A stretch of DNA of 49,072 nt from Chiloscyllium plagiosum (Eukaryota), in NCBI RefSeq assembly GCF_004010195.1, contig NC_057720.1, positions 14,842,006 through 14,891,077 on the forward strand, read 5' to 3'. The notes under the pieces were generated by a model. The model had not been told where the DNA came from. It worked only from the letters and a program-made list of their open reading frames with translations, and did no database searches. Within the stretch, counting starts at the first letter, position 1; every line of letters starts with the position of its first letter. The translations under genes were made by a program, and so were the position numbers. Shown here in pieces: positions 24,540 to 36,524 of the stretch.

Positions 24540-24770
24540 TCTTTGGAATGACAACCAATGTACTTTGCATCACACTGACACTGATATTCATATACCACAT
24601 TGCCCATTTTATGAAGTCTGGTAGAACATGTCAAACAGCATATCCCTTCAGCTGTTGGTATCTCGTTAGGTACTGACTGCAATGGAACAATCTATATGTA
24701 CAAAACTCACAATACTGTGACCAATATCAGATGTGATTCCATGACTGAACGACATTGAGGTGATTCTGAA
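24540..24770 (-). mobile_element. Degenerate PLE GIY-YIG fragment
   Basis: GNVVYEYQCQCDAKYIG in ORF 24461-24682. Confidence 0.65.
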
Positions 24771-25196
24771 CTTCAGAGACTTGTAAGATCTCATTGTGTA
24801 AAATTATTCTTGTCTGTCACTCCTGCCTTCTCTCCAGTGCGTTCACATCCTTCCTATAGAGTTATGCCCAAAACCACACACAATATTTCTATGCACTGCA
24901 TACAGTTCTGAAAAATAGTCGTAATGGACTCATAAAGCTTGTTCCAAAGTATCATTCTTCCTCCACTACCTGGGAAGTAATTTTCTGGATGTGAGTCCAG
25001 TCAGCTGAAGGTAATGCTGCTTCATTCAAAATCTTGAGGTCTCAATTTGACATTCAATGGCATTAACACCAATTAATTCCCCACTATCAATATCTTGAGT
25101 GTTAACATAGACCAGGAATAGCCATATGCATAAGTAGTTACAAGAGCATTCATAAATTATGTTAAAAATCACACAACACCAGGTTATAGTCCAACA

Positions 25197-25670
25197 GGTG
25201 GCATGGTGGCACAGTGGTTAGCCCTGCTGCCTCACAGAGCCTGAGACCTGGGTTCAATTCCCGCCTCAGGCGACTGACTGTGTGGAGTTTGCACGTTCTC
25301 CCCGTGTCTGCGTGGGTTTCCTCCGGGTGCTCCGGTTTCCTCCCACAGTCCAAAGATGTGCAGGTAAGGTGAATTGGCCATGCTAAATTGCCCGTAGTGT
25401 TAGGTAAGGGGTAAATGTAGGGGTATGGGTGGGTTGCGCTTTGGCGGGTCGGTGTGGATTTGTTGGTCCGAAGGACCTGTTTCCACACTGGAGTGTATCC
25501 TAATCCTAATCACGCTGTAATGTAATCTAATCAGGTTTAATTGGAAGGCTAAATTGCCCGTAGTGTTAGGTAAGGGGTAAATGTAGGGGTATGGGTGGGT
25601 TGCGCTTCGGCGGGTCGGTGTGGACTTGTTGGGCTGAGGACCTGTTTCCACACTGTAATGTAATCCAATC
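25197..25670 (+). mobile_element. Full-length HE1 SINE plus duplicated 3' half
   Basis: ggtggcatggtggcacagtggttagc head; 25382-25547 is repeated at 25548-25685. Confidence 0.92.
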
Positions 25671-25726
25671 AGGTTTAATTGGAAGCACACTAGCTTTCGG
25701 AGCGCCGGTCCTTCATTGGGTGATAT

Positions 25727-25770
25727 CACCTGATGAAGGAGTGACACTCCGAAAGCTAGTGTGCTTCCAA
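25727..25770 (+). ncRNA. Hammerhead-like motif (PLE family C)
   Basis: CUGAUGA-A-GGAGUG/CACUCC-GAAA-GC(UAGUGU)GC-UU; stem I is not evident in this copy. Confidence 0.55.
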
Positions 25771-25869
25771 TTAAACCTGTTGGACTATAACCTGGTGTTG
25801 TGTGATTTTTAACTTTGCACACCCCAGTCCAACACCAGCATCTCCAAATCATTCAGAAACTATGAATGT

Positions 25870-26330
25870 GAGGAGGTGATGGCTTAATGGTAATATTGCT
25901 AGACTATTAATCCAGAAACCCTCATACCATTCTGGGGATTTGAGTTTTAATCCTGCTATGGCAGATTGTGGAATTTCAATTAAATAAATATCTAGCATTA
26001 GTTGTCTATTGGTGACTATGAAACTGTTGGAAATGTGTTGCTGGAAAAGCGCAGCAGGTCAGGCAGCATCCAGGGAACAGGAGAATCGACGTTTCGGGCA
26101 TAAGCCCGAAACATTTCCAGCGCTGATCTCCAGCATCTGCAGACCTCACTTTCTCGACTATGAAACTGTTGTCAGTTGTTGGGGGGCGATAACTTAACCA
26201 TTTCACTAATGTGCTGTTTGGCCAACACATGACTTGACAGCCACAGCAATGTGGTTGATCCTTACCTGCCCTCTGGTCAATTAATGCTGGCCCAGTCAGT
26301 AACATCCATCTCACATGAATGAATTTTTAA
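25870..26330 (+). mobile_element. tRNA-derived SINE with CR1-like tail
   Basis: ggaggtgatggcttaatggtaat head; tail aatgctggcccagtcag...catgaatgaattt is shared with the LINE end at ~26850. Confidence 0.7.
26030..26155. mobile_element. Mini fold-back pLTR (family A)
   Basis: 16-bp TSD gactatgaaactgttg; strand switch at gtttcgggc-ataa-gcccgaaac. Confidence 0.85.
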
Positions 26331-27314
26331 AAAATCTATGGTGGGTAACTCACCTCCTGACTCCCCAAAGCCCCCATCATCTATAAAGCACAAGTCAGGA
26401 GTGGGATAGAGTATTCCTCACTTGCCTAGATGAGTGCAGCTCCAAATAGACCGAAGAAGCTTAATGCCATCCAGGACTAAGCAACTAATTTGTTTGACAT
26501 CCCATCACACAACTTCAATATTTGGTCCCTTCACCACCATATATGAACAGTGGCAGCAGTGTATGCGATGCACTGCAGTAACTTGCTGGGTTCCTCAGAC
26601 AGCGCCTTCTAAGCCCAGAAGCTTTACTACCTAGAACAGAAAATACATAGAAACATAAATACCTGCAAGCTTCCCTCTAAATCACACACCATTTGAACTT
26701 GGAAATGCAATGCCGTTCCTTCATTGTCACTGAGTCAAAATCCTGGAACTCCATCCTACGTTCTACACCGTATGGATTGCAGCAGTTCGAGAGGCAACTC
26801 AACACCGCCTCCTGCTGGGTAATTAGCAATGGATGATAAATGGTGGCCAAACCAGTGATGCTCATATCCCATGAATGTGGAAAGAAAACTCATCACGGTA
26901 ACTCAGGACATCGAACAAAATTTTAGATCACTAAAATGTTGTGTAATAAAGCTGGATTACTATTGTAAGAGTTGCTGGATTGTTGTAAAAATCCAACTGC
27001 TGCCTTAATATGTTTCAGGAAAGTTATCTGCTTAATCTGATCTACGTATGACACCACAGGGAATAACCTCCACTGGCAGTGAAATAAGCAATTCCACACA
27101 AAAAACAACATTCATGAGACAAGGCAAAAATCAGTGTCTCTGTCGGTTTTGACTCTAAACCAGCTGTAAACGCTTCACTGTCAGCAATACGAACATCTCA
27201 AGAATAAAGCTAAAATAAAATTCAACAAAATAATATGAGGTGTAATTTTCATGATGTTCTCATGGAACCCCAATATATGTAGGTACATGTTATTGAATTA
27301 CAATGAGAATTAGG

Positions 27315-28702
27315 CCACTGTGCCTGCCTGTTTCAAGAGGGCCAACATCATCCCTGTGCCTAAGAAGGCTCATGCAGCATGTCTCAATGACTAACACCCA
27401 GTGGCCTTAACTTCGGTGGTCATGAAGTGCTTTGAAAGACTGGTCATGACATTAATCAACTCCAGCCTCCCCACTATTCTTGACCCACTCCAATTTGTCT
27501 ATTGGACCAACAGATCCACGTCAGATGCCATATCACTTGCCCTTCACTCCTCCCTAGAGCGTCTTGACACCAAGAACAGCTACATAAGAATCCTACTCAT
27601 TGACTACAGTTCAGCCTTTAACACTATTATCCCCTCGAGACTGATTACTAAACTTAGTGATCTCGGATTAACCCCTACTCTCTCCAACTGGATCCTCAGT
27701 TTCCTGATGCACAGGCCACAATCAATGAAGATTGGGGACAATATTTCATCCTCACTAACACTCAACCCTGGAGCCCCCCAGGGTGCGTACTCAGCCCCCC
27801 TACTGTACTCACTGTGTACCCATGACTGTGTCACCAAATATCAGACCAATGCCATTTACAAGTTCGCTGATGACACCACCATAGTCGATCAAATCTCAGA
27901 TGGCAACGAAACAGACTACAGACGGGAGCTGGAAGATCTGGAAAAATGGTGCACTGAGAACAACCCAGCTCTCAATGCCAGCAAAAGCAAGGAAATCATT
28001 ATTAACTTTCAGCTGGATGTTACTCATGCCCCCCTACACATTAACAGCACAGAGGTGGAACAAGTGGAGAGTGTCAAGCGCCTGGGAGTGATCATCCACA
28101 ACAAACTTTCTTGGGCTCTTCATGTGGACGCAGTGGTTACAAAGGCCCAACAACATCCCTTCTTCCTCAGGCAGGTGAGGAAATTTACCATGAAGGCGAA
28201 TACCCTTGCCAACTTTTATAGGTGCACCATTGAGAGCATTCTGTCTGGATGAATCCCTACCTGGTATGGCAAGTGTACCATTCAAGACTGGAGACGGTTA
28301 CAGAAAATGGTGAACTCCGCCAAGCCAATCACAAAGATCAATCTCCCATCTACAGAATCCATCTACCAGGCCCGCTGTCAAGGAAAGGCCGCCATTATTC
28401 TCAAAGATCCATCCCACCCTGGCAATGTTTTTCTACAACCTCTACCATTGGGCAGGAGGTACAAAAGCCTGAATACACATGTACCAGCTGGTTTCGAAAC
28501 AGTTTCTACACTACTGTTGTTTGAATTCTGAATGGACTCACAAACTCTAAACATTCACCTGTACCTGTGTTTTTGTTTTTGCCGCTGTTTACCTATTATT
28601 TACTTATCTATGCTACTTAACTCTGTGAGCTGCCTGTTTTGCTCACAAGACAGAGCTTTTCACTGTGTCTCGGTACACGTCACAATAAATTCAATCAATT
28701 CA
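27315..28702 (+). mobile_element. Rex1/Babar LINE, 5'-truncated, RT domain open
   Basis: ORF 27401-28252: [15 protein letters not shown]...DPLQF...[12 protein letters not shown]...GAPQG...KFADDTT; tail acaataaattcaatcaattcaa. Confidence 0.95.
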
Positions 28703-28974
28703 AGCAGCATTGTGTGTGTATCTACACCTCACGGACTGCAGTAGTTAAGAAGGCAGCTCAGCACCACTATCTCACGTGTAGTGAGTAATAAATGTTTGCC
28801 CAGCCAGTGACACCCACATCCAACGAAAGAATAATAGAAAAAAAATTAGAGGCTGATCTCTGATGTACATACCATGCCAGCGTGAGCATTGAATTCCTCA
28901 AGTTTACTTAACAATCAGCATTGTCTTTTTTAAAACAACATACTTCCAGCAGATGGCAGCACCTGTCACTATTT

Positions 28975-29392
28975 GAGTTTGAATCTGCCACTTCCGGTTG
29001 TCAGTTCCAGCTGTCCGTTGCAGTGGTCGGTATATTGGGTCCAGGTCAATGTGCTTATTGATTGAATCTGTGGATGAGTGCCATGCCTCTAGGAATTCCC
29101 TGGCTGTTCTCTGAGAACATGGCATGGCACTCATCCACAGATTCAATCAACAAACACATCGACCTGGACCCAATATACCGGCCACTGCAGCGGACAGCTG
29201 GAACTGACAACCGGAAGCGGCAGATTCAAACCACTACAAGTGCCAGAGGAAACATCACAGAAGCGCTTCACAGGAGGCTCCCAAGCGCTGAGGATGTCAC
29301 CTAGACAGGGGATGAAACATCTGCAACACAAATTCCCAGCTCGGCGTACAGAACCACAACAACGAGCTACAAATCTTCTCACAAACTTTGAA
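28975..29392. mobile_element. PLE 3' end with ~110-bp inverted 5' arm and hammerhead
   Basis: REFLEAWHSSTDSINKHIDLDPIY on the minus arm, with the AWHSSTDSINKHIDLDPIY part repeated on the plus arm (arms ~28978-29087 and ~29121-29230); ends gagctacaaatcttctc. Confidence 0.88.
29285..29324 (+). ncRNA. Minimal hammerhead ribozyme motif (family B variant)
   Basis: GCG-CUGAGGA-U-GUCACCU/AGAC/AGGGGAU-GAAAC-AUC-UGC. Confidence 0.65.
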
Positions 29393-29639
29393 GTGTGAGT
29401 ATAGGCATACAGTCATGTTAGCATGGAGACCCAAAAAATTTAAACCCTCATGGTAAATATGAACAAAGATGGTTTCACAGCAAGTAAGTCTGGTGACTAA
29501 TTTCTCAGTGCAACTGCCAGTTTCACTCTTTTCTGAGTCTGTGACACTAGGAAGAGTACAGGTTCTGTCCAGGTTGGGGTGCTGTATCAATGACCATAGT
29601 CTTTGTCTCTTACCACCTGGTTGATAACATGATCTGTCG

Positions 29640-29810
29640 AGAACGTGGTGCTGGAAAAGCACGGCAGGTCAGGCAGCATCTGTGGAGCTGGAGAATTTGC
29701 CGGAAATGTCGATTCTCCTGCTTCTCGGACGCTGCCTGACCTGCTGTGCTTTTCCAGCACCACTCTCTTGACTCTAATCTCCAGCATCTGCAGCCCTCGC
29801 TTTCGCCTAC
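29640..29810. mobile_element. Mini fold-back pLTR (family A)
   Basis: gtggtgctggaaaagcacggcaggtcaggcagc is inverted to gctgcctgacctgctgtgcttttccagcaccac; imperfect TSD tgataacatgatctgt/tgataacaagttctgt. Confidence 0.85.
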
Positions 29811-29879
29811 ATGATAACAAGTTCTGTTGAATCCAGCTCATATGGGAATCTGTAATGAAAAATAATAAACTGCAGAGAC

Positions 29880-31505
29880 AAATTCTTCCATTTACATAGC
29901 ACCTTTACCAAGGGACTTCGCAGAGGTATTATCAAACAGAATTTGGGACTGAGCGACAAAAGGAGACGTTAGGGCAGATGACCAATAGCTTGTTGAAAGG
30001 ATTTGGTTTTGAGGAGCATATCAAAGGAGGAAAGAGTGAAAGAGAGGGAGGGAGGATTCAGGTGGGATTTCCATGGAGTAGGAATTATGTTTGTCGAAGT
30101 GATTACATTGGCAAGACACAAGAGGCCCGAATTAGAGCCGTACATTTTGAAATATTCGCAGAGGTTGCAGAGTTAGGGAGGCCAAGGATGAGATTTTAAA
30201 ATCAATGTGTTGCTTAACAAGGAGGTAATGTAGGCCAGCGAGCATGGTTCTGAAGAGTGAGCACAATGTGATGTAGAAACAAAGGTCAGCGCAGGTCAGA
30301 GAAAGCGCACACACTGAAACAGTCAACCCTTAAAATTCCCTCACAATCCAAATTCTCAGAATCATGACTGTCACAGGGTCCCTGTCTCACCCATTCCTCT
30401 CGGTGACACTGACTCCCTGCCACAGCATCCCCATCCCACCCATTCCTCTCGGTGACACTGACTGTCTGTCACAGGGTGCCCATCTCACCTGCTCCTCTCT
30501 TAAAGGAATCAGGATAGAGAACTGGAGAGGATTAGAAGAGTACTCAACAGCTTGGGAGCCTAGCAAGTGAAGGCACAGCAATCAATGATGGCGCAAATAG
30601 AATGGGGGATGCTCAAGAAACTAGAATTAAAGCAGCACAACTGTCCTGGAGGGATGTGAGACTGGAGGGGAGTACAGTACAGAGATAGGGAGGAACAAGA
30701 TCATGGAGGGAACTGAATGCAAGGATGAGAATTTTACAATCAAGAAGTTGTTTGACCAAGGGCCAGTGTAACTCATTGAGCACCTGAGGAGAATGGGGCA
30801 CGCTGCAAGTAAAGATACAGGCAATGGGTTTTTAAATGGCCCCGAAAGTGTGAAAGGGAGAATGTGGGAAAGCAGCCAGGAGCACTTTGAAGTAATTGGA
30901 TCGAGAGATAACAGCAATACAAGTGAGGGTTCAGTAGAGATGAGCTGAGGCAAGGTGAAGGCTGGAGAAGGTCCAGAGGTGGGAATAGGTAGACTTAAAT
31001 AATGTGTGATTATGAGGTGGCGAGTCATCTCAGGATTAAATGTACCAACACAGTTGTGAGCAGACCAACTTGATGTTAGATTGCTGCCTGGGAAAGGGGT
31101 GGATTCGATAGCTCTGGAATGACGTTTAGGGTGGAGACCACAATCAATGGCTTCAGTCTTGTAAACGATTAATTGGAAAAAACCTCTATTCTACCAGTAC
31201 AGGAAATCTGATGAGCAGTCTGATACCTTAAGATTATTGGTGGAGAAAGATGTTGGAGTGAGGAAGAATTAGCATTTTTCCTTCAGATGTTGTCACTAAG
31301 GGGCAATGTGTAGAAATAGGAGGGGGGTCGAAGAATTAATCCTGAGATCACATTGGAGGAGCAGGAAGAGGATCCAATGCAATTCTCTGGTTGTGTTTGG
31401 ATTGATAAGAATGGAAACCATTGAGAGCATTCTGACCCACTGGAGGCACTGTGGAGAAGTGAGAACGCAAAGTAGAAACAGACTAAAATGCTGAGGACAG
31501 GAACA
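29880..31505 (-). mobile_element. L2 LINE fragments (probably continuing at ~34190-34470)
   Basis: VLNELHWPLVKQLLDCKILILAFSSLHDLVPPYL and LAGLHYLLVKQHIDFKI match the L2 LHWLP..RI.FKIL motif; L2-type tail at ~29890. Confidence 0.8.
30366..30490. repeat. ~55-bp minisatellite, about 2 units
   Basis: cacccattcctctcggtgacactgact occurs twice; ctgtcacagggt occurs twice. Confidence 0.8.
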
Positions 31506-32845
31506 GTTGTTAGCACATTTTGAGAAGATTTGTAGCTTAGGTTGAGGTTCTGGATGTAAAGTTGCTCGCTGAGCTGGAAGGTTCGTTTTCAGACATTTTG
31601 TCACCACTTTAGATAACATCATCAGTGAGCCTCTGGTGGAGCACTGGTGTTATGCCCCGCTTTCTATTTATGATTTAAGTTTCCTTGGGTTGGTGATGTA
31701 TTTTCCAGACCTTTTTCTCAAAGGATTGAGTCCAAATCAATGTGTTTGTTGATAGAGTTACGAATGGAATGCCATGCTTCGAGGAATTATTACTCTTGTC
31801 TCTATTTGGCTTGTCCTAGGATGGATGTATTGTCCCAGTCAAAGTGATGTCCTTCCTCATCTGTGTGTAAGGATACTAGTGATAGTGCGCCATATCTTTT
31901 TGTGGTTAGTTGATGTCCTGGTGGCTAGTTTTCTGCCTGCTTGTTCAATGTAGTGTTTGTTACAGTCCTTGCACGGTATTTTATAAATGATGTTCATTTT
32001 GCTTGTTATTTGTGCATGGTCTTTTAAGTTCATTAGCTGCTGTTTTAGTGTGTTTTGGAGTTTGTGGGCTACCACGATGCCAAGAGGTCTGAGTAGACTG
32101 GCAGTCATTTCTAAGATGTCTTTGTTATAGGGAAGAGTGGTTCGGGTTTCTGGGCGTGTTTTGTCTGCTGGTTTGGGTTTGTTGCTAAGAACTGTGTTCA
32201 GTGGATACCTTTTTTTTGAATATGCTGTATATGTGATTTTCCTCTGCTCTTTGTAGTTCCTCGGTGCTGCAGTGTGTATGGTGGCTCGTTGAAATAATGT
32301 TCTAATGCAGCTTCGTTTGTGGGTGTTGGGATGGTTGCTTCTGTAGTTCAGTATTTGGTCCGTATGTGTGGTTTTCCTGTAGATGCTAGTATGAAGTCCC
32401 CCATTTGGATGCTCACTCTACTGTGACATCTAGGAATGGCAGTTTGTTGTTGTTTTCCTCCTCTTTTGTGAATTTTATGCCAGTAAGAATATTACTGTTG
32501 ACCTTGAAGGTTTCCTCTAATTTGTTTCATTTAATGATGACAAAGGTGTCATCCACGTAGCGGACCCAAAGTTTGGGTTGGATGGTTGGCAGAGCTATTT
32601 ATTCAAGTCTGTGTATTACTGCCTCTGCTAAGATCCCTGACATTGGAGATCACATGGGTGTTCTGTTGGTTTGTCTGTAGGCTTTTTTTAATTGGAAGTG
32701 AAGTGGGTGGTAAGGTATAGGTCCACCAACTTGACGATGTTGTCCTGCTGATGAAGCTGGTGGTGTCTTTGGTTCTTCTAATAGTGTAGTCAGTGTTTCT
32801 TTGGCCAGGTTGACGTTGGTGGATGTGAGCAGGGCTGTTACATCA

Positions 32846-33058
32846 AAGGAGAAAGTGAGGACTGCAGATGCTGGAGATCAGAGCTGAAAAATGTGTGGCT
32901 GGAAAAGCGCAGCAGGTCAGGCAGCATCCAAAGAGCAGGAGAATCGATGCTTTGGGCATGGTTCCTGAAGACGGGCTCATGCCCGAAACGTCGATTCTCC
33001 TGCTCCTTGGATGCTGCCTGACCTGCTGCGCTTTTCCAGCAACATATTGTCAGCTCTA
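32846..33058. mobile_element. Mini fold-back pLTR (family A) inserted in the PLE RT motif A
   Basis: 15-bp TSD ttacatcaaaggaga; ~80-bp inverted arms. Confidence 0.9.
32960..32997 (+). ncRNA. Minimal type I hammerhead ribozyme, intact core (family A)
   Basis: GGUUC-CUGAAGA-C-GGGC/UCAU/GCCC-GAAAC-GUC-GAUUC, with a loopless palindromic stem III (ACGU). Confidence 0.78.
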
Positions 33059-33451
33059 TTACATCAAAGGAGACCATTATTTCATCCTCTTCTATCTTGG
33101 TGTCTTTGATGTTCAGGAATCTTTGGGTGGAGTGAATGGAATGGTGTGAGTCTTCTCCTAAGTGTTTTAGTGTTTGGCGTAGTTCCTTGGCTAATTTGTA
33201 CATTGGTGTTCCAGGTAGCAAGACTATGGGTCTGAAGGAGGCTCCTGATTTGTGAATTTTGGGTTATCCATAGAAGCACGGTGACTTGGATCCATCTGGT
33301 TTCATTTTTTGGAAGTCTGTCTTATTTAATTCTCCAGATTTCTGATGTTTTTTGAGTAGGGCTGTGATTCGGTTCTCTAGTTGTGGGGTCGGGTCTATCA
33401 CCACCTGTTGGTAAGTGTCAGTATCTGCAAGCAGTGCATTTGCTTTCTCAA

Positions 33452-33535
33452 TGTGGTCTATTCAGCTTAAAATGTCTGTCAAACGCCTTTTGTTGTGGTC
33501 TATTCAGCTTAAAATGTCTGTCAAACGCCTTTTGT
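33452..33535. repeat. Perfect 42-bp tandem duplication in the PLE ORF
   Basis: tgtggtctattcagcttaaaatgtctgtcaaacgccttttgt occurs twice. Confidence 0.95.
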
Positions 33536-33786
33536 CTGCAGGTAGGATAACAATTTTTAAAAAAATTTTTGAGTCCTTCTAGTGCTTTTCTTTCTTGTGT
33601 ATTGAGTGTGTTTCCATCCTTTGTCCTGTTTAATGTTGGTGCAACTGTCTGTCAGATGGGTTGCTGGGTTTCTTCTGTGTGTTCGTTGTCTTTCAGTGTT
33701 GTTTATAGGAACATCCAGGACCAGGTGGTTTGCTACAGTCAAAGATGCAAAGGATCCCATTTGTAAAATTGAAAAGAACAGCTTCT

Positions 33787-34125
33787 TAGAAATCCTACAG
33801 CAGGCCATTCAGCCCATCGGGTCCACACCAACCCTCCAAAGAGCATCCCACCCAGACCCACCCCTCCAATCCTATCCCCATAACTCTGCATTCCCCAGGG
33901 TTAACGCATGTAACTTATTCATCTCTGAACACCACGGGTAATTTAGCATGGTTAATCTACCTAACCTGCACATCTTTGGACTGCAGGAGGAAACCAGAGC
34001 ACCCGGAGGAATCCCATGCAGACACGGGGAGAATATGCAAACTCCACGTACTCTATTGTCCAAGAGCAGAATTGAACCCAGGTCCTTGGCACTATGAGGT
34101 AGCAGTGCAAACCACTGAGCAACCA
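33787..34125 (-). mobile_element. HE1 SINE
   Basis: V-domain and tRNA head in reverse complement. Confidence 0.9.
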
Positions 34126-34911
34126 GGTCAATACTGTGACACGAGCATAAACCTGATAAAAAGGATTCAAACACAGGATTCAGAATAAAATGGGCAAAGA
34201 TTTAGAAGATTTATGGATTTTGAGTAGAAAACAGTTAGCTAAGTGTGAACATTAGCAAGGAGAGTATGGGTTATGAGGAGGGATATGACAATTGTGAATT
34301 TGAAGTAGAGATTGTTGAAGGGAGTGAGAGCCAGTGACAATATCAGCTGTTTGTGAGGGTGAGAGAGGGACACAGCAAAGACAGCTGATTTGAGGGAATC
34401 AGTCTTTAGTGGCAAAGAAGACTGTAAGCCCTCACTCTTATTGGAGGTGAGGTTAAGCAGGGTTGGTTTATGGAAACAATTTACACTAAAGGCTTTCTTA
34501 TTCATAATTGATTTCATACTCAAGAATCCTCTCATTGATTTTGTCTATAGAGTTCATGAGTCATCAGTTTATCTATTGGTTAGCAATTTGGCAGCTAAAT
34601 CTTCCACTCATGTCGTTGTTGCAGAGTATATTTTAGTACAAAAAATTCAGCTTGGCTAATTCCAGGAGTCGCGTCCTGATACACATGGCACTACATAAGA
34701 ACATGGATCACACAATAAAGAACTTGACTTGTCCTCAACTTTCAGTTGATCCTAGAAGAATTGAGAGTGACCAGAACACACGTATGGCAACTTCACCGGC
34801 TGACAGAGAGATTCCAATCTACGGATAATGAAGATGTCCCCTTGTGATCTCAAGGGAGGAATCTCATGAGGATCTCATGAGGAACAATAATGTCCTGAGG
34901 TGAAACCTTTA

Positions 34912-36524
34912 GGGCGGAATTTTACCAAAAGCTTTAACTTAAGTGTCAATTCATGGAGTTTTATTGAGTGTTCCTCTCTGTGAGCTCTGACGAATTGTCT
35001 CAGGCAATTCCTTGCAGCTCAGCTTCTTATGTATTCACCTCACATCTATAAGTGACCATGCATTCCTTGTCACTGCTGTGATCTCCTGGGATTCCTGGTG
35101 CCAGCACTGTGTTTAAACTGCAGCTCTGCACCAGACCAACAGAAGAGTCTGTGTTTCACAGTTACTGTGTGAGGAATGGCGATGGCGTGTTGCCCTCTCA
35201 TGTTCTATTCACCCACTTCACTATTAGGGAATAGGTGGATGGGTTGATGGGGAGGACGGTTGTCCCACATTATTACCTCCACATGTTCTTTATGCAGCCT
35301 AATCATTCACTTATGGGCACCTCACCATCTTTACTCCACCAGCATCAGCACTGAGTGCTGTGCCAGCCACTCAATCCCCCTACTGCTCACATTCCAGGAG
35401 AATATGATCCACAGCAGGGCATAAAGAGCTGGTGTCCAACATTCAGTTCCTCACACCCTACTAGGAGCAGACCCCGACATTGACTGCTCCAGTGACTGAC
35501 TAACTGAGGCTCTGGACTGAGATCAGAGACTGCACATTGGTTTTTCATTAATATTCCATTGTTTATCAACTGTCAAGAATAAGTGACCATTTCCACAATG
35601 AACTCCACCTGACCATCAGACTAGGAAGACAGGTCATTTTACAACTGAGCATTTCATTAAGAGGTGCTCCTCTATTCTCCAGGTCCATGTTATTGTATGG
35701 CTACTCTTCAGGAGGCACAGGCTGATCTGAAGGGAATAGCTCCTCAACGCTCCGCCAATGTTTTGTCTACAGTATTCTAATCTACATGATTTGGAGAAGT
35801 TCCACAAGATTCCTGATGCACAAAATCTCAGTGCATCAGTTCACTCCAGTTTCTTTGCAGGTACACCCCTGAGCTGGGTGCCTGTTCCCATGCACACAGT
35901 GTCCGTGCAGCAGCACTGGAATGAGAGGTACCAGTGTGCTCATAAGTGCAGCATTGAAGTGCAGAATCGTAATGCAAGTGGATTAAAGATGTGCCATGAG
36001 GGTGCAATGAGGTGAAAACAATGACTGCAGATGCTGGAAACCAGATTCTGGAGTAGAGTGGTGCTGGAAAAGCACAGCAGTTCAGGCAGCATCCGAGTGA
36101 GACTGGTGTGTGTCTAATGCCAACTTATGTGGATTGGTGGGTTAGAGGGGAAGGTGGTTACATGTAGCCATTGCTCAAGGAGCATGCTGTGAGACTAAAA
36201 TGAAAGGCTGAAGGAGCAAATAGTGAGCTAGAGGCATGTTCATATTCACATCGGGAATTACCTAGTTTCTAGTCTCTAGTTTCTATCCAGGGAAATCGGG
36301 AACTGCATATAAATGAGCTAAGAGTAACTAATAAGGAGATGTTAATACATGCTAGCACATGCAACTAAGCCACTCACTGCCCACTAGTGAGAATCCTGTC
36401 TTGCTATTCATCATTTGGTTGGAACATGGGATTTATTCCTCTCAACGTCGAGAAGCTCTACACGTGATTCTCCTAACTTTCTCACCAATGCCTACGCCAA
36501 TTTGTCTCTGTGAAAATTCCACTC
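34912..36524. mobile_element. Possible decayed non-autonomous DNA transposon (Harbinger-like TIRs)
   Basis: tta|gggcggaattttacc at left; gtgaaaattccactc (reverse complement gagtggaattttcac) at right; no transposase recognised. Confidence 0.35.
36010..36096 (-). mobile_element. pLTR stub (family A-related)
   Basis: aggtgaaaacaatgactgcagatgctgg...gctggaaaagcacagcagttcaggcagcatcc. Confidence 0.75.

Larger units (their letters stand above)
25161..25850. mobile_element. Fold-back PLE pLTR (family C) with HE1 inserted in the left arm
   Basis: With HE1 removed, gttaaaaatcacacaacaccagg...ctagctttcggag is inverted to ctccgaaagctag...cctggtgttgtgtgatttttaac, centred on gtgatatcac (~25725). Imperfect TSD cattcataaattatg/cattcagaaactatg. 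Confidence 0.85.
31512..33722 (-). mobile_element. Penelope-like retroelement (Poseidon-type), decayed but largely complete
   Basis: RT: ILPADK, MVSFDV, TPM*SPMSGILAEAV, WVRYVDDTFVII, LPFLDVT. GIY-YIG: NIIYKIPCKDCNKHYIEQAGRKL. pLTR with hammerhead ctgatgatgttatctaaagtggtgacaaaatgtctg at ~31590-31625. Confidence 0.93.
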
